Positions 27,286 to 38,800 are shown, counted from the first letter of the stretch. The stretch is 64,000 bases of DNA from Bacteroidota bacterium (GCA_018335675.1 JAGXRQ010000095.1:16046-80045), one strand, 5' to 3'. Numbers and translations: made by a program. The notes: generated by a model from the letters alone, not told the origin.

Positions 27286-30200
27286 ATGAATAAGAAAATC
27301 TACTTCATCACAGTTTTTGCACTAATTTTCTTTCTGCTTTTGTCAGAATATTCTTTTTCTCAACAATCAGAGGAAGGCTTTGGCATTTCTATTTCTGCTG
27401 ATAAAGTTTTTGACGACAGCGATTTAAGGGAAAGCCCCTCAAGAATACTAATTTGGGAAAATGATTTAATCAAATCGAATACCGGAGAGTATTTTTTTAT
27501 TACCAAAACTCCTATTGCTTATACATCGTTTGGTATTGGTTGGAAAGCGGACAGTGACAAATCTCCTGCCGGTCATTTTACGGTAAAATTCAGAGTAAGG
27601 CAAGAAAATGGAGAATGGTCTGATTATTATGAAGATGAGGCATATGTGCATCCTTCGGAAACACCTACCGAATTATATTTTACTAATTTGCTGTTCCCTC
27701 CCACCGAAGAAGCATATCACTACATAGAGTTTTCTATTTTAGCACCTGAAAAAGTTCATTTGCAAATGGTTAGGATGGATATTATTGATATAAGAGGAAC
27801 GGGAAAACCAGGACCTGCACCTGGAGATGAAAAAGCATATTACGAATCAGAAAAAAGCTGTCCGCCATTTCCTGCAATTATCACAAGAGCAGATTGGTGC
27901 GGTGGTTATACAGCATGTCATAACCCCACATATACACCAACATACATAAGTGCAACACATACTGTTTTGCATCATGGGGCATCTCCAGACACATACACTG
28001 ATGGACACGCAGTTGTAAGATCATATTGGAACTATCATGTTAATACATTAAAATGGGCAGACATAGGCTACAATTACCTTTTTGACAAATATGGAAACTT
28101 TTTTCAAGGCAGATTTAATCCAAATCTTCCAAATAGTGACGTAAGAGGCGCGCATGCCGGGAATTCAAATGGAGCATCAATAGGATTAAATTATCTAGGA
28201 AATTCTGATGTAACATTGCCAACAACTGCACAACTTAATAAAACTTATGAGTTTCTTGCATGGTGGTACGACAGAAAAGGATTCGACCCGACTTCATCAG
28301 CCACAATCGCGTTACAGAGCGGCGGGAGTGGCAGTGTTCCAAGAATATGCGGTCATAAAGATGTAAATATTGGCGGAACAGCTTGTCCGGGAAATGCCGC
28401 ATATGCGCAATTATCAAGCATCAGAACAAACACTAAATCCATTATCGATAACTGCAATAATAATGTTCCCACAAACTTGCAAAGAACATTACACGGATGC
28501 CCCAATAATCAGGTTACATTCAATTGGACAAATTCAGGAACAGGCTGGTATATTCAGGTTTCTACAGCATCAAACTATTCAAACCCATATTGGAAATGGG
28601 TGTCAGGACTTACTTCATATTTAGCACCTGGAGAGTTTGTTCTTCAATCTGACGGTGTTACTAATCTGGTTTTTCAGGAAGGAACAACATACTATTGGAG
28701 AATACACAATGGAAGTTCATTCACTAATGGACCGAGTTTCTCAATCCCCTATTGCAGCACAAACCCGCCAACCACATCCATTTCCGTAAGTTATGAGGGT
28801 GATTGGGTTACTGAAAACTTTACGGCTACTTTCAATGATGTTGCAAATCAAAGCGTTATTGCCAGAAGATTCTATCAAGTACTTGAGTATGATGGAACAT
28901 ACTGGGGCGCTAATCCAAATCGAGGCTTTTTTGGAGACAATTTTGAAACTTTAAACACATCATTGTGGACCACAGTTTCGGGAACATGGTCAGTATCTGG
29001 CAATCAGCTTAGACAAACAGATGCAAGCGTCAACAACACAAACATTTATGCTCCTCTTAATCAAATGCTTTCAAATAGATATATGTATCAATTTGTGGCA
29101 AAGGTTGAAGGCAGTGGAACAACCAGAAGATTCGGACTTCACTTTTTCTGCGACAATGCAAGCCTTAGCGAAAGAGGTAATTCATATTTTGTATTCTTTA
29201 GAGTGGACGACCAAAGCCTTCAGTTTTACAAAGTAACCAATAATACATTCTCTCTTGTAAAAACAATTAGTAATGTTACAACAACAGTTGGTCAGTGGTA
29301 TGATATTAAAGTAATTTATGATAGAATCACTGGGGAAATAATCGTTTATAGAGATGATGTTTTTTTAGGTTCCTGGACCGACTCATCGCCATATAGCACA
29401 AACGGAAATCATATCTCTTTCCGCACAGACAACAGTCAGCTATACATTAATGAAATCAAAGTATACAGGACAAGATTACCTGAAGCAACAATTTCAGTTG
29501 GTGCAGACAACTCTAATGATTTAAGAACGCAAAGTCCAAATCCAACAACTGCAGGCGGAAAGATTAAATCTATTGTAACTGACAACCTTGGAAATCTTTC
29601 TCAAATAGCTTATTATGATTTAAAAATTGACAGAACACCTCCCACAAATATTTCCTATGTATATGATGGTATTGGAAGTGATATTAGCCAAACGAATTCA
29701 ACTACGCAATTATCTGCCAATTGGGCTAATTCCTCAGATGTAAACTCAGGTATTAAAAAGTATTGGTATGCAATAGGTACATCCGCAGGAAATACAAATA
29801 TTGTAGGATGGACAGATAATGGGACTAACACTTCAGTTACTCACACCGGATTAACCTTAACCAACGGAACTACCTATTATTTTTCAGTGCGTTCAGAAAA
29901 TGGGGCCGGATTATTAAGTACAGTTGCCTCTTCTAACGGACAAACTGTAGTTGTGGGACCAACCAATTTGCAGCATACACTGCACGGTTGTCCGAATAAT
30001 AACGTAACATTTAGTTGGACAAACTCAGGCTCTGGATGGTATATACAAGTTTCTAAATTCTCAAATTTCTCCTCTCCTTATTGGAAGTGGGTTTCAGGAC
30101 TCACATCTTATACCGGACCGGCTGGATTTGTTCTTCAATCTGATGGAGTTACTCCTTTGCAATTTGAGGATGCAACTACTTATTACTGGAGGATTTATGG

Positions 30201-31710
30201 CAATGGAGCTTTCACGTCTTCTTTAAACTTTACAACTCCAACTTGTAATTGTACCCAAATTTCTGACTTCCCGTATTTCCAAAATTTCAACAACGGTGAA
30301 GGTCAATGTTGGTCTGTAGAGTCGGTTTCTGAAACTACCTGGACACCATTAACCGGATTTACTATTGGAGAAACTATCAATGTTAATCCTGTTAGCGGAT
30401 CGCACTTGTATAGGTGCCAATGGACTGCAACGGAAAATCAGAACGAATGGTTGATATCGCCTGTGTTTAATTTCACAAACCTAAGCTCTCCGGAAATAAG
30501 TTTCAAGTTTACAGGAAGTTATCATTGGTCGGTCATTAATCCGAATTGCGATTTGGATCTTATGATAAGAATAAATGCAGGAAGTTGGAATAAATTGTGG
30601 AATAACAAAGATCATTCAAATTTTACATCTAATGACATCAACTGGACATGGCTAAATGAGGTTGTTTCACTTAGCAGCTATGCAGGGCAAAACAACGTGC
30701 AACTTGCATTCAGATATACCGGATTCGACGGAGCTGCATTCGCTCTGGATGAGATAAAAGTTTCTAATATGACTATTCCGGGAGATGTAAACAACGATGG
30801 AAGTATTAATGTATTGGATATTGTTTGGCTTGTAAATCATCTAAATGGCTCTACTCCAACAGGTTTTAATTTTTCAGCAGCCGATGTAAATAATGATGGT
30901 TTAATTAATATTGCAGACCTTACAAATCTGATAAACATCATATTCAATGGTGCAAAGTTGAATGAAAATAAAGTTGATTCTGAACAACCACATCTTTATC
31001 TTGACGAAGATGGCCTTATAAGGTTTATCAGTGATGGGACAATTTTAGCTATACATTTTCAGCTCATTTGTGATGAATTGCAGAATATGGAAGTTGATCT
31101 TTTACTTCAAACAGGACACACTTTCGTATTCAACAATGTTACAGGATATGGATTATTGTACAGTATGAGCGGAAGTTTAATTCCCGAAGGTGAAATTGAC
31201 TTATTTCAAATAAGCGGAGTGGACTTTTCCGGTGTAAGTTGGGGAATGGCTCAGGCATCTAACCTGAATCATCAAGCAGTTGACATTATTACTCATTCAT
31301 TTTTCGACCCGGACGATGGTGATGAACCTGATGACGACGATGATGGTGATGACGGAGACGATGATGACGACGGAAATGATGACGGTGATGATGACGGCAG
31401 TGAAACATTCATTTCAGACAATTATGAAATAATAAGCGAAATACTCGTATATCCAAACCCAAGTACTGGTAATTTTTCAGTCTCTTTTAAAACAAATGAA
31501 GCTATTGTTGTTGAAATTATTATTTATGACGAAATCGGTAGAAGCATATACAGAAAAGAAGCCACTTTTAATCCCGGATATCATAGTATCAAATTCTCTA
31601 AGAATGACATACATTTCGGCAATAAGGCTATAATTCTCGTGAACATTTTTGATATTTTCAAATCTAACATACTAGGAAATTATCAAAGAATAGTTATTTT
31701 CGCAAATTGA
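27286..31710 (+). CDS. giant T9SS-secreted peptidoglycan amidase (PGRP/Amidase_2), with LamG-like, FN3, MAM-like (choice-of-anchor-J-like), dockerin-like, unassigned module, poly-Asp linker and T9SS CTD
   Basis: Signal peptide MNKKIYFITVF... (start moved to 27286). The amidase_2 core spans ~27877-28405 (HTVLHHGAS, WADIGYNYLFDKYGNFFQGR, GAHAGNSNGASIG, ICGHKDV..TACPG). Dockerin-like GDVNNDGSINVLD...ADVNNDGLINIADL at ~30781-30950. T9SS CTD (VYPNPSTGNFSVSF...) at ~31444-31707. Confidence 0.85.
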   Translation: MNKKIYFITVFALIFFLLLSEYSFSQQSEEGFGISISADKVFDDSDLRESPSRILIWENDLIKSNTGEYFFITKTPIAYTSFGIGWKADSDKSPAGHFTVKFRVRQENGEWSDYYEDEAYVHPSETPTELYFTNLLFPPTEEAYHYIEFSILAPEKVHLQMVRMDIIDIRGTGKPGPAPGDEKAYYESEKSCPPFPAIITRADWCGGYTACHNPTYTPTYISATHTVLHHGASPDTYTDGHAVVRSYWNYHVNTLKWADIGYNYLFDKYGNFFQGRFNPNLPNSDVRGAHAGNSNGASIGLNYLGNSDVTLPTTAQLNKTYEFLAWWYDRKGFDPTSSATIALQSGGSGSVPRICGHKDVNIGGTACPGNAAYAQLSSIRTNTKSIIDNCNNNVPTNLQRTLHGCPNNQVTFNWTNSGTGWYIQVSTASNYSNPYWKWVSGLTSYLAPGEFVLQSDGVTNLVFQEGTTYYWRIHNGSSFTNGPSFSIPYCSTNPPTTSISVSYEGDWVTENFTATFNDVANQSVIARRFYQVLEYDGTYWGANPNRGFFGDNFETLNTSLWTTVSGTWSVSGNQLRQTDASVNNTNIYAPLNQMLSNRYMYQFVAKVEGSGTTRRFGLHFFCDNASLSERGNSYFVFFRVDDQSLQFYKVTNNTFSLVKTISNVTTTVGQWYDIKVIYDRITGEIIVYRDDVFLGSWTDSSPYSTNGNHISFRTDNSQLYINEIKVYRTRLPEATISVGADNSNDLRTQSPNPTTAGGKIKSIVTDNLGNLSQIAYYDLKIDRTPPTNISYVYDGIGSDISQTNSTTQLSANWANSSDVNSGIKKYWYAIGTSAGNTNIVGWTDNGTNTSVTHTGLTLTNGTTYYFSVRSENGAGLLSTVASSNGQTVVVGPTNLQHTLHGCPNNNVTFSWTNSGSGWYIQVSKFSNFSSPYWKWVSGLTSYTGPAGFVLQSDGVTPLQFEDATTYYWRIYGNGAFTSSLNFTTPTCNCTQISDFPYFQNFNNGEGQCWSVESVSETTWTPLTGFTIGETINVNPVSGSHLYRCQWTATENQNEWLISPVFNFTNLSSPEISFKFTGSYHWSVINPNCDLDLMIRINAGSWNKLWNNKDHSNFTSNDINWTWLNEVVSLSSYAGQNNVQLAFRYTGFDGAAFALDEIKVSNMTIPGDVNNDGSINVLDIVWLVNHLNGSTPTGFNFSAADVNNDGLINIADLTNLINIIFNGAKLNENKVDSEQPHLYLDEDGLIRFISDGTILAIHFQLICDELQNMEVDLLLQTGHTFVFNNVTGYGLLYSMSGSLIPEGEIDLFQISGVDFSGVSWGMAQASNLNHQAVDIITHSFFDPDDGDEPDDDDDGDDGDDDDDGNDDGDDDGSETFISDNYEIISEILVYPNPSTGNFSVSFKTNEAIVVEIIIYDEIGRSIYRKEATFNPGYHSIKFSKNDIHFGNKAIILVNIFDIFKSNILGNYQRIVIFAN

Positions 31711-31785
31711 TTAATTATTAAAGATAAACTCGACCAAAATTATTAATTATTTCAAACCATTTAGTATTAACCAAAACCAAACAGA

Positions 31786-34700
31786 ATGAAAAAATTATTT
31801 TTACTTATTGTAGCGGCAATTTTTCTAAACACTTTAGTTATTGCCCAAATCAGTCAACCCGGCTCACCAAAAAGTTTTGAATATCTCAAAACAGGTGATG
31901 AGTTGTCTCAAGTTAAATTTGCTTTAATGCCATTTATAGATATTGAGGCATTGAAAGCAGAGGATTTAGAAATTGATGAATTAAAAGACAGACCTTGGAG
32001 GTTTGGACAAGTGCATCAGGTTTCATTAAACCCTAATAATTCAGGAACATGGGACATACTTGGAAACGGCACGAAAATATGGAGACTTGGGATAAATTGC
32101 GAGGGTGCGCTTTCTATCAACATATTGTTTGATATGTACAAGCTTCCTGCAGGAGCTCAGTTATTCGTATATTCTGCAGACAGAAAAGAGATATTAGGCG
32201 CTTTTACCAATATTAACAATCAGGAAGACAACCTATTTCCTGTGTCTTTCATTTTTTCAGATAATGTCATTGTAGAATATAATGAACCAAAAGGTGTTGA
32301 GTTTGAAGGAAAGTTGAGTATTTCTGAAGTTACACATGGATATAGAACACTTGCCGATTATGTAAAAGCTTTTGGTCAAGCAGGATCCTGCAATGTAAAC
32401 GTAGCTTGTCCTCAAGGAGCAGCATGGGGAAATCAAATAAATTCAGTGCTTATGCTAGCATCATCTAATGGTGTGAGTAATGGATTCTGTTCAGGAGCAC
32501 TTATAAATAATACAAATAACGATGGCACCCCTTATTTTTTATCAGCAAACCATTGCTATTCAGCTCCCGGTTCAGTTTTTTATATCTTCAACTGGCAAAG
32601 TGCAACCTGCTCTAATCCAGGCAGTTCACCTTCATTCCAATCAGTAGCAGGAGCTACAGACAGAGCAAGAAATGCTGCTTCCGATTTTTGGCTAGTACAA
32701 TTAAATACGACTCCCCCTCAAAGCTACAATCCTTATTATTCTGGTTGGAACAGAACAACTGATGCCACTATGTCCGGTACTATATGGGGTATTCACCACC
32801 CAAGAGGAGACATTAAAAAAATAAGTTGGGCAACTGGCGGTGCAACTACTTCTAATTATTTAGGTGCGACTGGTAGTGGAACTACACATTGGAGAGTTGG
32901 CTCTTGGAGCGATGGCACAACTACTGAAGGTGGTTCATCAGGCTCTCCACTATTTGACCCACAAGGAAGAATAATGGGACAGTTACATGGAGGATATGCT
33001 GCTTGCGGAAATACTGACCCTGACTGGTACGGAAAACTTGGAGTTTCATGGACAGGTGGCGGCACAAATGCAACACGCTTAAGCAACTGGCTGGATCCAT
33101 CTAGTACTGGCGTAGTTGTTATTGATGGATATGATCCATTTGGTATTACATATACTACAGATGCTCAGATGCAGAGCATTACACATCCGGTTGCAAGTTA
33201 TAATTCGTTGGAAACTATAACTCCTACTGTTGTTGTAAGAAATAATGGAACTGCTAATATTACAACAGGAACTGTTAGCTATACTCTAAACGGCGGAACT
33301 GCAATTACAACTAGCTTAGGTGCACTTGCAAGCGGTGCAACTACAAATATTACATTCCCAGCAATCACACTTACTGCCGGCAACCAGGTATTTGTAGCTA
33401 CTGTTACTGTTGCCGGTGACGAAAATCCTGGAAACAATTCATTAACTAGAAACTTTTCTGTAGTTGATTGCGGCACTCCTGTTTCATTACCATTTAATCA
33501 AGGATTTAATAGCGGATCTATCCCAAGCTGTTGGACTCAAGAATATGTATCTGCTCATAATCACAACTGGCAATTTGGTGCCGGAAACGGTGGCAGCAAC
33601 CCTGCATCTGCTTTTGAGGGTAGTGGTAATGCTTATTTTAAAATTACTGGCACACCAAGAGGAAGAACCACAAAACTTGTTACTCCAAAACTGGGTCTGG
33701 CAGATTTTGCTGATGTAGTATTAAGCTTCCGTTTATATAACCAGTTTTGGAGTCCTGACCAAGATGTTTTACGAGTATATTACAAAAATTCATCTGCAGG
33801 TTCATGGGTGCTTCTTAATACATATAATACAAGTGTAACTGCTTGGACTCCAATAACAATAAATATTCCTAATGGTGTATTAACCAACGACTTCTATATT
33901 GCATTTGAAGGTGAAGCTAACTGGGGTTATGGCGTTTGTATCGATGCTGTCAGTATTACAGGAGAAGCTGCTTCAGGCGTATTAAATCCAACAGCATTTA
34001 CTGGTACAGGAGTAAGTGAATCTCAAATAAATTTGGGTTGGACTAAAAATGCATCTAATAATAACGTAATGGTAGCTGTAAACACTACTAATACATTTGG
34101 TACTCCAAGTGGCGCTTACACTGTTGGACAAGCAATCGCCGGAGGTGGAACTATTATTTACAGAGCTGATGGAACTTCATTCAACCACACTAGTCTTAAC
34201 CCTTCAACAACCTATTATTATAAAGCGTGGTCGTATAATGGAACTAATCAGTATTCTTCTGGAGTTACTGCTAATGCGACAACACAGTGCGGAATTATCA
34301 ACACATTCCCTTATAATCAAAACTTTGATGGTGGATCGGGGTTATGCTGGACAGTTCAATCTAACTCCACAACTACTTGGGCACCAATAACAACTTTTAC
34401 AATTGGAGGCACTACAATAATTAATCCGGTTAGTGGATCTCATTTTTACAGATGTAACTGGCATGGTACTGACAGTCAAAATGAATGGCTATTAACGCCG
34501 ACCTTTAACTTCACTGGCGTTAATCCACAAATGAAGTTTTGGTTTAATGGAAGTTATTACTGGTCGGTAGCTGATTATGACAACTGCGATTTAGACGTAA
34601 TGGTCAGAGTAAATGGTGGCGCATGGACCAAGATATGGGGAGAAACAGACCATCCTAATTTTACATCAACCGATGTAAACTGGGTATGGCTTGAAACTAC

Positions 34701-35661
34701 TTTAAGCCTATCTGCATATGCAGGCCAAAGTAATGTGCAATTTGCATTCAGATATACGGGAACTGATGGAGCTGCTTTCTCAGTAGATAATATAACAATT
34801 GAACACGCGGGTGGTATACTTGGCGATGTAAACGGCGACGGATTTGTTAATGTTGGGGATGTTGTTTGGATTGTTAGTCATTTGAATGGCAGCACTCCTG
34901 GAGGCTTCATTATGGCAAATGCTGACGTTAATGGAGACGGCTCTGTTAATCTTGCCGACCTTACTGCAATGATAAATATTATTCTGGGCTTAAAAATAGA
35001 ATCTTCTTCAATAAATTCTTTGCCGGGAGATATTTATATTAATGAAAATGGTAAGATTACATTTAAAAGTGATGGAAGTATTACTGCCTTGCAGTTTGTA
35101 ATTTCAGGTGACAATATGCAGGATGCAAGCATAACTGAAATCATAGACAATTTTACTATTTCTGTGATAAACGATGGCAACTCATTACATGGAATAATAT
35201 ACAATATGGAACTTGACACTTTCAATAATACTGAAATTGAATTATTCAGCATCCATAATGTAGATTTATTTAATCTGACATGGGAAATGGCTGTTGCGGC
35301 AAATACTGAACATGAATTAGTTACGGTAAACACTCACGACCTGAATTCACCTGTAACTGATGGCAACATAACTTCGGATGTATTCTCTGCAAAAGTATTT
35401 CCTAATCCAAGTACCGGAATATTCAATATCAAACTTAATATTCCGGATCAGTCATTTATCAATATTCGTATAATTGACGAAAAAGGAAGAGTTGTTTATT
35501 CAAAACAAAACATAGAATATAATCAAGGAATGCATATTATTTCATTCGATCAGTTGAACACTAAGATGAGTGGAGTTTATTTCTTGCAAGTTACAGGTTT
35601 TGATTCTGCAAAGCAAAATACTATTTTCAAACATGAAGAACGTATTATAATTGCGAGATAA
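31786..35661 (+). CDS. giant T9SS-secreted S1 serine endopeptidase (lysyl-endopeptidase-like), with CARDB-like, MAM-like, FN3, MAM-like, dockerin-like, unassigned module and T9SS CTD
   Basis: Signal peptide present. Catalytic triad context: CSGALINN..PYFLSANHC (His), SDFWLVQL (Asp) and EGGSSGSPLFD (Ser). Dockerin-like GDVNGDGFVNVGD...ADVNGDGSVNLADL at ~34822-34990. CTD VFPNPSTGIFNIKL at ~35395-35658. Confidence 0.85.
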   Translation: MKKLFLLIVAAIFLNTLVIAQISQPGSPKSFEYLKTGDELSQVKFALMPFIDIEALKAEDLEIDELKDRPWRFGQVHQVSLNPNNSGTWDILGNGTKIWRLGINCEGALSINILFDMYKLPAGAQLFVYSADRKEILGAFTNINNQEDNLFPVSFIFSDNVIVEYNEPKGVEFEGKLSISEVTHGYRTLADYVKAFGQAGSCNVNVACPQGAAWGNQINSVLMLASSNGVSNGFCSGALINNTNNDGTPYFLSANHCYSAPGSVFYIFNWQSATCSNPGSSPSFQSVAGATDRARNAASDFWLVQLNTTPPQSYNPYYSGWNRTTDATMSGTIWGIHHPRGDIKKISWATGGATTSNYLGATGSGTTHWRVGSWSDGTTTEGGSSGSPLFDPQGRIMGQLHGGYAACGNTDPDWYGKLGVSWTGGGTNATRLSNWLDPSSTGVVVIDGYDPFGITYTTDAQMQSITHPVASYNSLETITPTVVVRNNGTANITTGTVSYTLNGGTAITTSLGALASGATTNITFPAITLTAGNQVFVATVTVAGDENPGNNSLTRNFSVVDCGTPVSLPFNQGFNSGSIPSCWTQEYVSAHNHNWQFGAGNGGSNPASAFEGSGNAYFKITGTPRGRTTKLVTPKLGLADFADVVLSFRLYNQFWSPDQDVLRVYYKNSSAGSWVLLNTYNTSVTAWTPITINIPNGVLTNDFYIAFEGEANWGYGVCIDAVSITGEAASGVLNPTAFTGTGVSESQINLGWTKNASNNNVMVAVNTTNTFGTPSGAYTVGQAIAGGGTIIYRADGTSFNHTSLNPSTTYYYKAWSYNGTNQYSSGVTANATTQCGIINTFPYNQNFDGGSGLCWTVQSNSTTTWAPITTFTIGGTTIINPVSGSHFYRCNWHGTDSQNEWLLTPTFNFTGVNPQMKFWFNGSYYWSVADYDNCDLDVMVRVNGGAWTKIWGETDHPNFTSTDVNWVWLETTLSLSAYAGQSNVQFAFRYTGTDGAAFSVDNITIEHAGGILGDVNGDGFVNVGDVVWIVSHLNGSTPGGFIMANADVNGDGSVNLADLTAMINIILGLKIESSSINSLPGDIYINENGKITFKSDGSITALQFVISGDNMQDASITEIIDNFTISVINDGNSLHGIIYNMELDTFNNTEIELFSIHNVDLFNLTWEMAVAANTEHELVTVNTHDLNSPVTDGNITSDVFSAKVFPNPSTGIFNIKLNIPDQSFINIRIIDEKGRVVYSKQNIEYNQGMHIISFDQLNTKMSGVYFLQVTGFDSAKQNTIFKHEERIIIAR

Positions 35662-35680
35662 TCTGACTCATTATTTTAAA

Positions 35681-35712
35681 AAAAGGGCAATTTATAATTG
35701 CCCTTTTTTTTT
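35681..35712 (+). terminator. rho-independent terminator
   Basis: AAGGGCAATT-TAT-AATTGCCCTT hairpin followed by a T9 run. Confidence 0.65.
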
Positions 35713-35847
35713 AACATTTTTATGATTTTTTTGTTGATATAATTGCAATTATCTGAATCAGTTATAATTAATATTATTACATTAGCCAATTAATATTTTT
35801 TATAAAATTCCTATAAATTCTCAAAGTATAAAACAACTCTTACTAAG

Positions 35848-38800
35848 ATGAAGAATCTAATTAGAACCTTTACATCTATTGCAATTATTATTGCTTTCAG
35901 CTTTAATGCAAAAAGCCAGAATATTAAAATTGACACTTCAGAATTATCTTATGCAAAAGAATTAAACTCTGATCAAATTAGAGCAATTGAAGAACAACAG
36001 CAACTCGAAAAAACTTACCAAGTTGTTCGTGGTGAGAGACCACCGATTAATATAGAAGAAGTTAAAGAAGAAGCTTTCGAAAAAGGCAGAATAGCAATCA
36101 AAATTCAGCCATATTTAGCAGAAAAATTAGCAGAAAAGTTTATTTACCCTGATAAAACCGGTTTTGTTAAAACAGGAGTAAAGAATCTAGATTACTTGAA
36201 TGAAGTTTTAAATGTTAAAGCATACAATCCTCTGTTTATCAATATCTATAACACAACAGAGAAAACAATTTTGAACAGAGAAAAGCATAAAGCTTGGGGA
36301 TTTCATTTATGGTTCGAGATTGAATTAGACGAAAAAACCGACATTAAACAAGTCGTAAAATTATTTTCAGAATTGCCGGAAATTGCAATTGCAGAACCTT
36401 TTTATAAGAAAGAATTGCTTGGTATTAGTGAAAGGGACAATAATGAAATTACTAGAGATAAATGGACTCCTAACGACCCACAACTTGGCAATCAGTGGCA
36501 TTATAACAATACAGGACAACAAGGCGGAACTGCCGGATGTGATATTAGTTTGTTTTCAGCTTGGAATATTGAGAAAGGACATACTTCAGTTATTGTAAGT
36601 ATTCAAGACGGTGGAATTCAGATCGACCATGTTGATTTGGCGGCAAATATGTGGTCAGGAATTGGATATAACTTCGTTAACAATTCTCCAACAATTACAG
36701 TTCACAATCATGGAGTTCACGTTGCAGGAACTGTTGCTGCGGTGAATAATAACAACATTGGTGTTGCCGGAGTTGCCGGAGGTTCGGGCTCAGGCGATGG
36801 CATCAGACTAATGTCAAGTCAGGTTTTTACAACCACAGGTTCGGGAGGATTTCACCTCGCTCCTATTCATGCAGCCGACAATGGAGCCGCTATTTCGCAA
36901 AACAGTTGGGGTTACACAAGTGCAAATGTATTTGAACAAAATGTATTAGATGCTATTGACTATTTCAATGCAAATGGTGGTGGTTTGGTATTAAATGGTG
37001 GAATAACCATTTTTGCAGCCGGAAACAGCAATGCAACAGGAAACTGGTACCCGGGATGTTACTCAGGCACTTTTGCAATTGCAGCAACAAACAATCAGGA
37101 TGTGAAATCATGGTATTCAAACTATGGTGCTTGGATAGACATTTCAGCCCCGGGAGGAGAAACGAATACTGTTACTCAAAGAGGAGTATTAAGCTCAATA
37201 TCAACAAACAGCTACGCTTATTATCAAGGAACTTCAATGGCTTGCCCTCACGCATCAGGTGTAGCAGCACTTATTGTTTCATACGCACATAGAAATGGAA
37301 TAATGCTAGACAATATTGATATTGCAGATATTCTAAGAAACTCTACTGATAATCATTATGGTGTAAATGCCGGGTTTGTTGGAAATCTTGGAACAGGCAG
37401 ACTTAATGCATTTAAAGCGCTTCAGGAAACTCAAAGCTATATATCTGGTGTATTAAATCCTAAAAACATTACTGCTGTGGCTAATAGCACAAGTGAAATT
37501 AATATTAGCTGGACAAAAAATGATAATGCAAACGATGTTATGCTCGTTTGGTCTGCTGATGGAACATTTGGAACACCAAATGAGGGTTCATCATACAGCA
37601 TTGGAAATACTATTCCGGGCGGAGGTATTGTTTTATATAGAGGTGCTGCAACAACATTCAACCATGTAGGCCTTGCTGCCGCTACAAAATATTATTACAG
37701 AGTTTTTTCTTATAATGCTTCAAATGAGTATTCCTCTGGAAGAGGAACAAGCACAGCTACTTGGTGCGATATATTAACAAGCTTACCAGTATTAGAAAAC
37801 TTTAATACATCAAGCACCTTACCTATTTGCTGGGAAATTATTGATAACCAAGGAAATGGACAGGTTTGGCAAATTGGAACTCACACAAGTGGACTTAGTG
37901 GAACAGGCGGTAATTACGCATTTCTAAACAGCGATGGGTATGGTTCAGGAAGTTCTCAAAACTCTGACCTTGTTACTCCTATAATGGATTTATCAGCATA
38001 TACTAATGTAAGACTTGAATTCAAACATTATTTCAGAGAGTATACGGGTTCATCAGGAAAACTTTTTTATTCAATAAACGGCGGTGCATCATGGGTTCAA
38101 ATTCAGCAATGGTCAGTAACAACAGCAAATCCTGTATCTTTTAGCCAGGTAATTTCCGCAGTTGAAGGCCAAGCTGCTGTTAGATTTAAGTGGAATTATA
38201 CAGGAAGTTGGGGTTATTATTGGGATATTGATGATATTGCAATTACTGGTGATGTTTCTACAGGTGTTGCTAACCCTAACTCTTTTACGGCAACTCCGGC
38301 AAATAGTACACAAATAAATCTTGCATGGAATAAAAACACCGACAATAACAATGTTATGATTGCTGTGAATACATCTAATACTTTTGGCACTCCATCAGGA
38401 AACTATAGTGCAGGGCAACCCATTTCCGGAGGTGGAACAGTTATTTATAACTCAAGTGGAACTTCATTTAATCATTCCGGTTTAAATCCATCAACGACAT
38501 ATTATTATAAGGCCTGGTCGTATAATAGTGAAACAATATACTCCGGTGGGGTTACAGCACAAGCAAACACTCTTTGTGGAACCATAAGCACATTGCCATT
38601 CACAGAGGGATTTGAAGCTGCTGGTATTCCATCTTGCTGGACTCAAGAATATGTTTCAACACATAATTTAAATTGGTCTTTTGGAGCCGGAAATGGAGGC
38701 TCAAATCCATCAACCGCTTTCCAAGGAAGCAGAAATGCGTATATAAAAATTAATGGAACTCCGAGAGGGCAATCCACTAAACTAATAACACCACCTCTAA

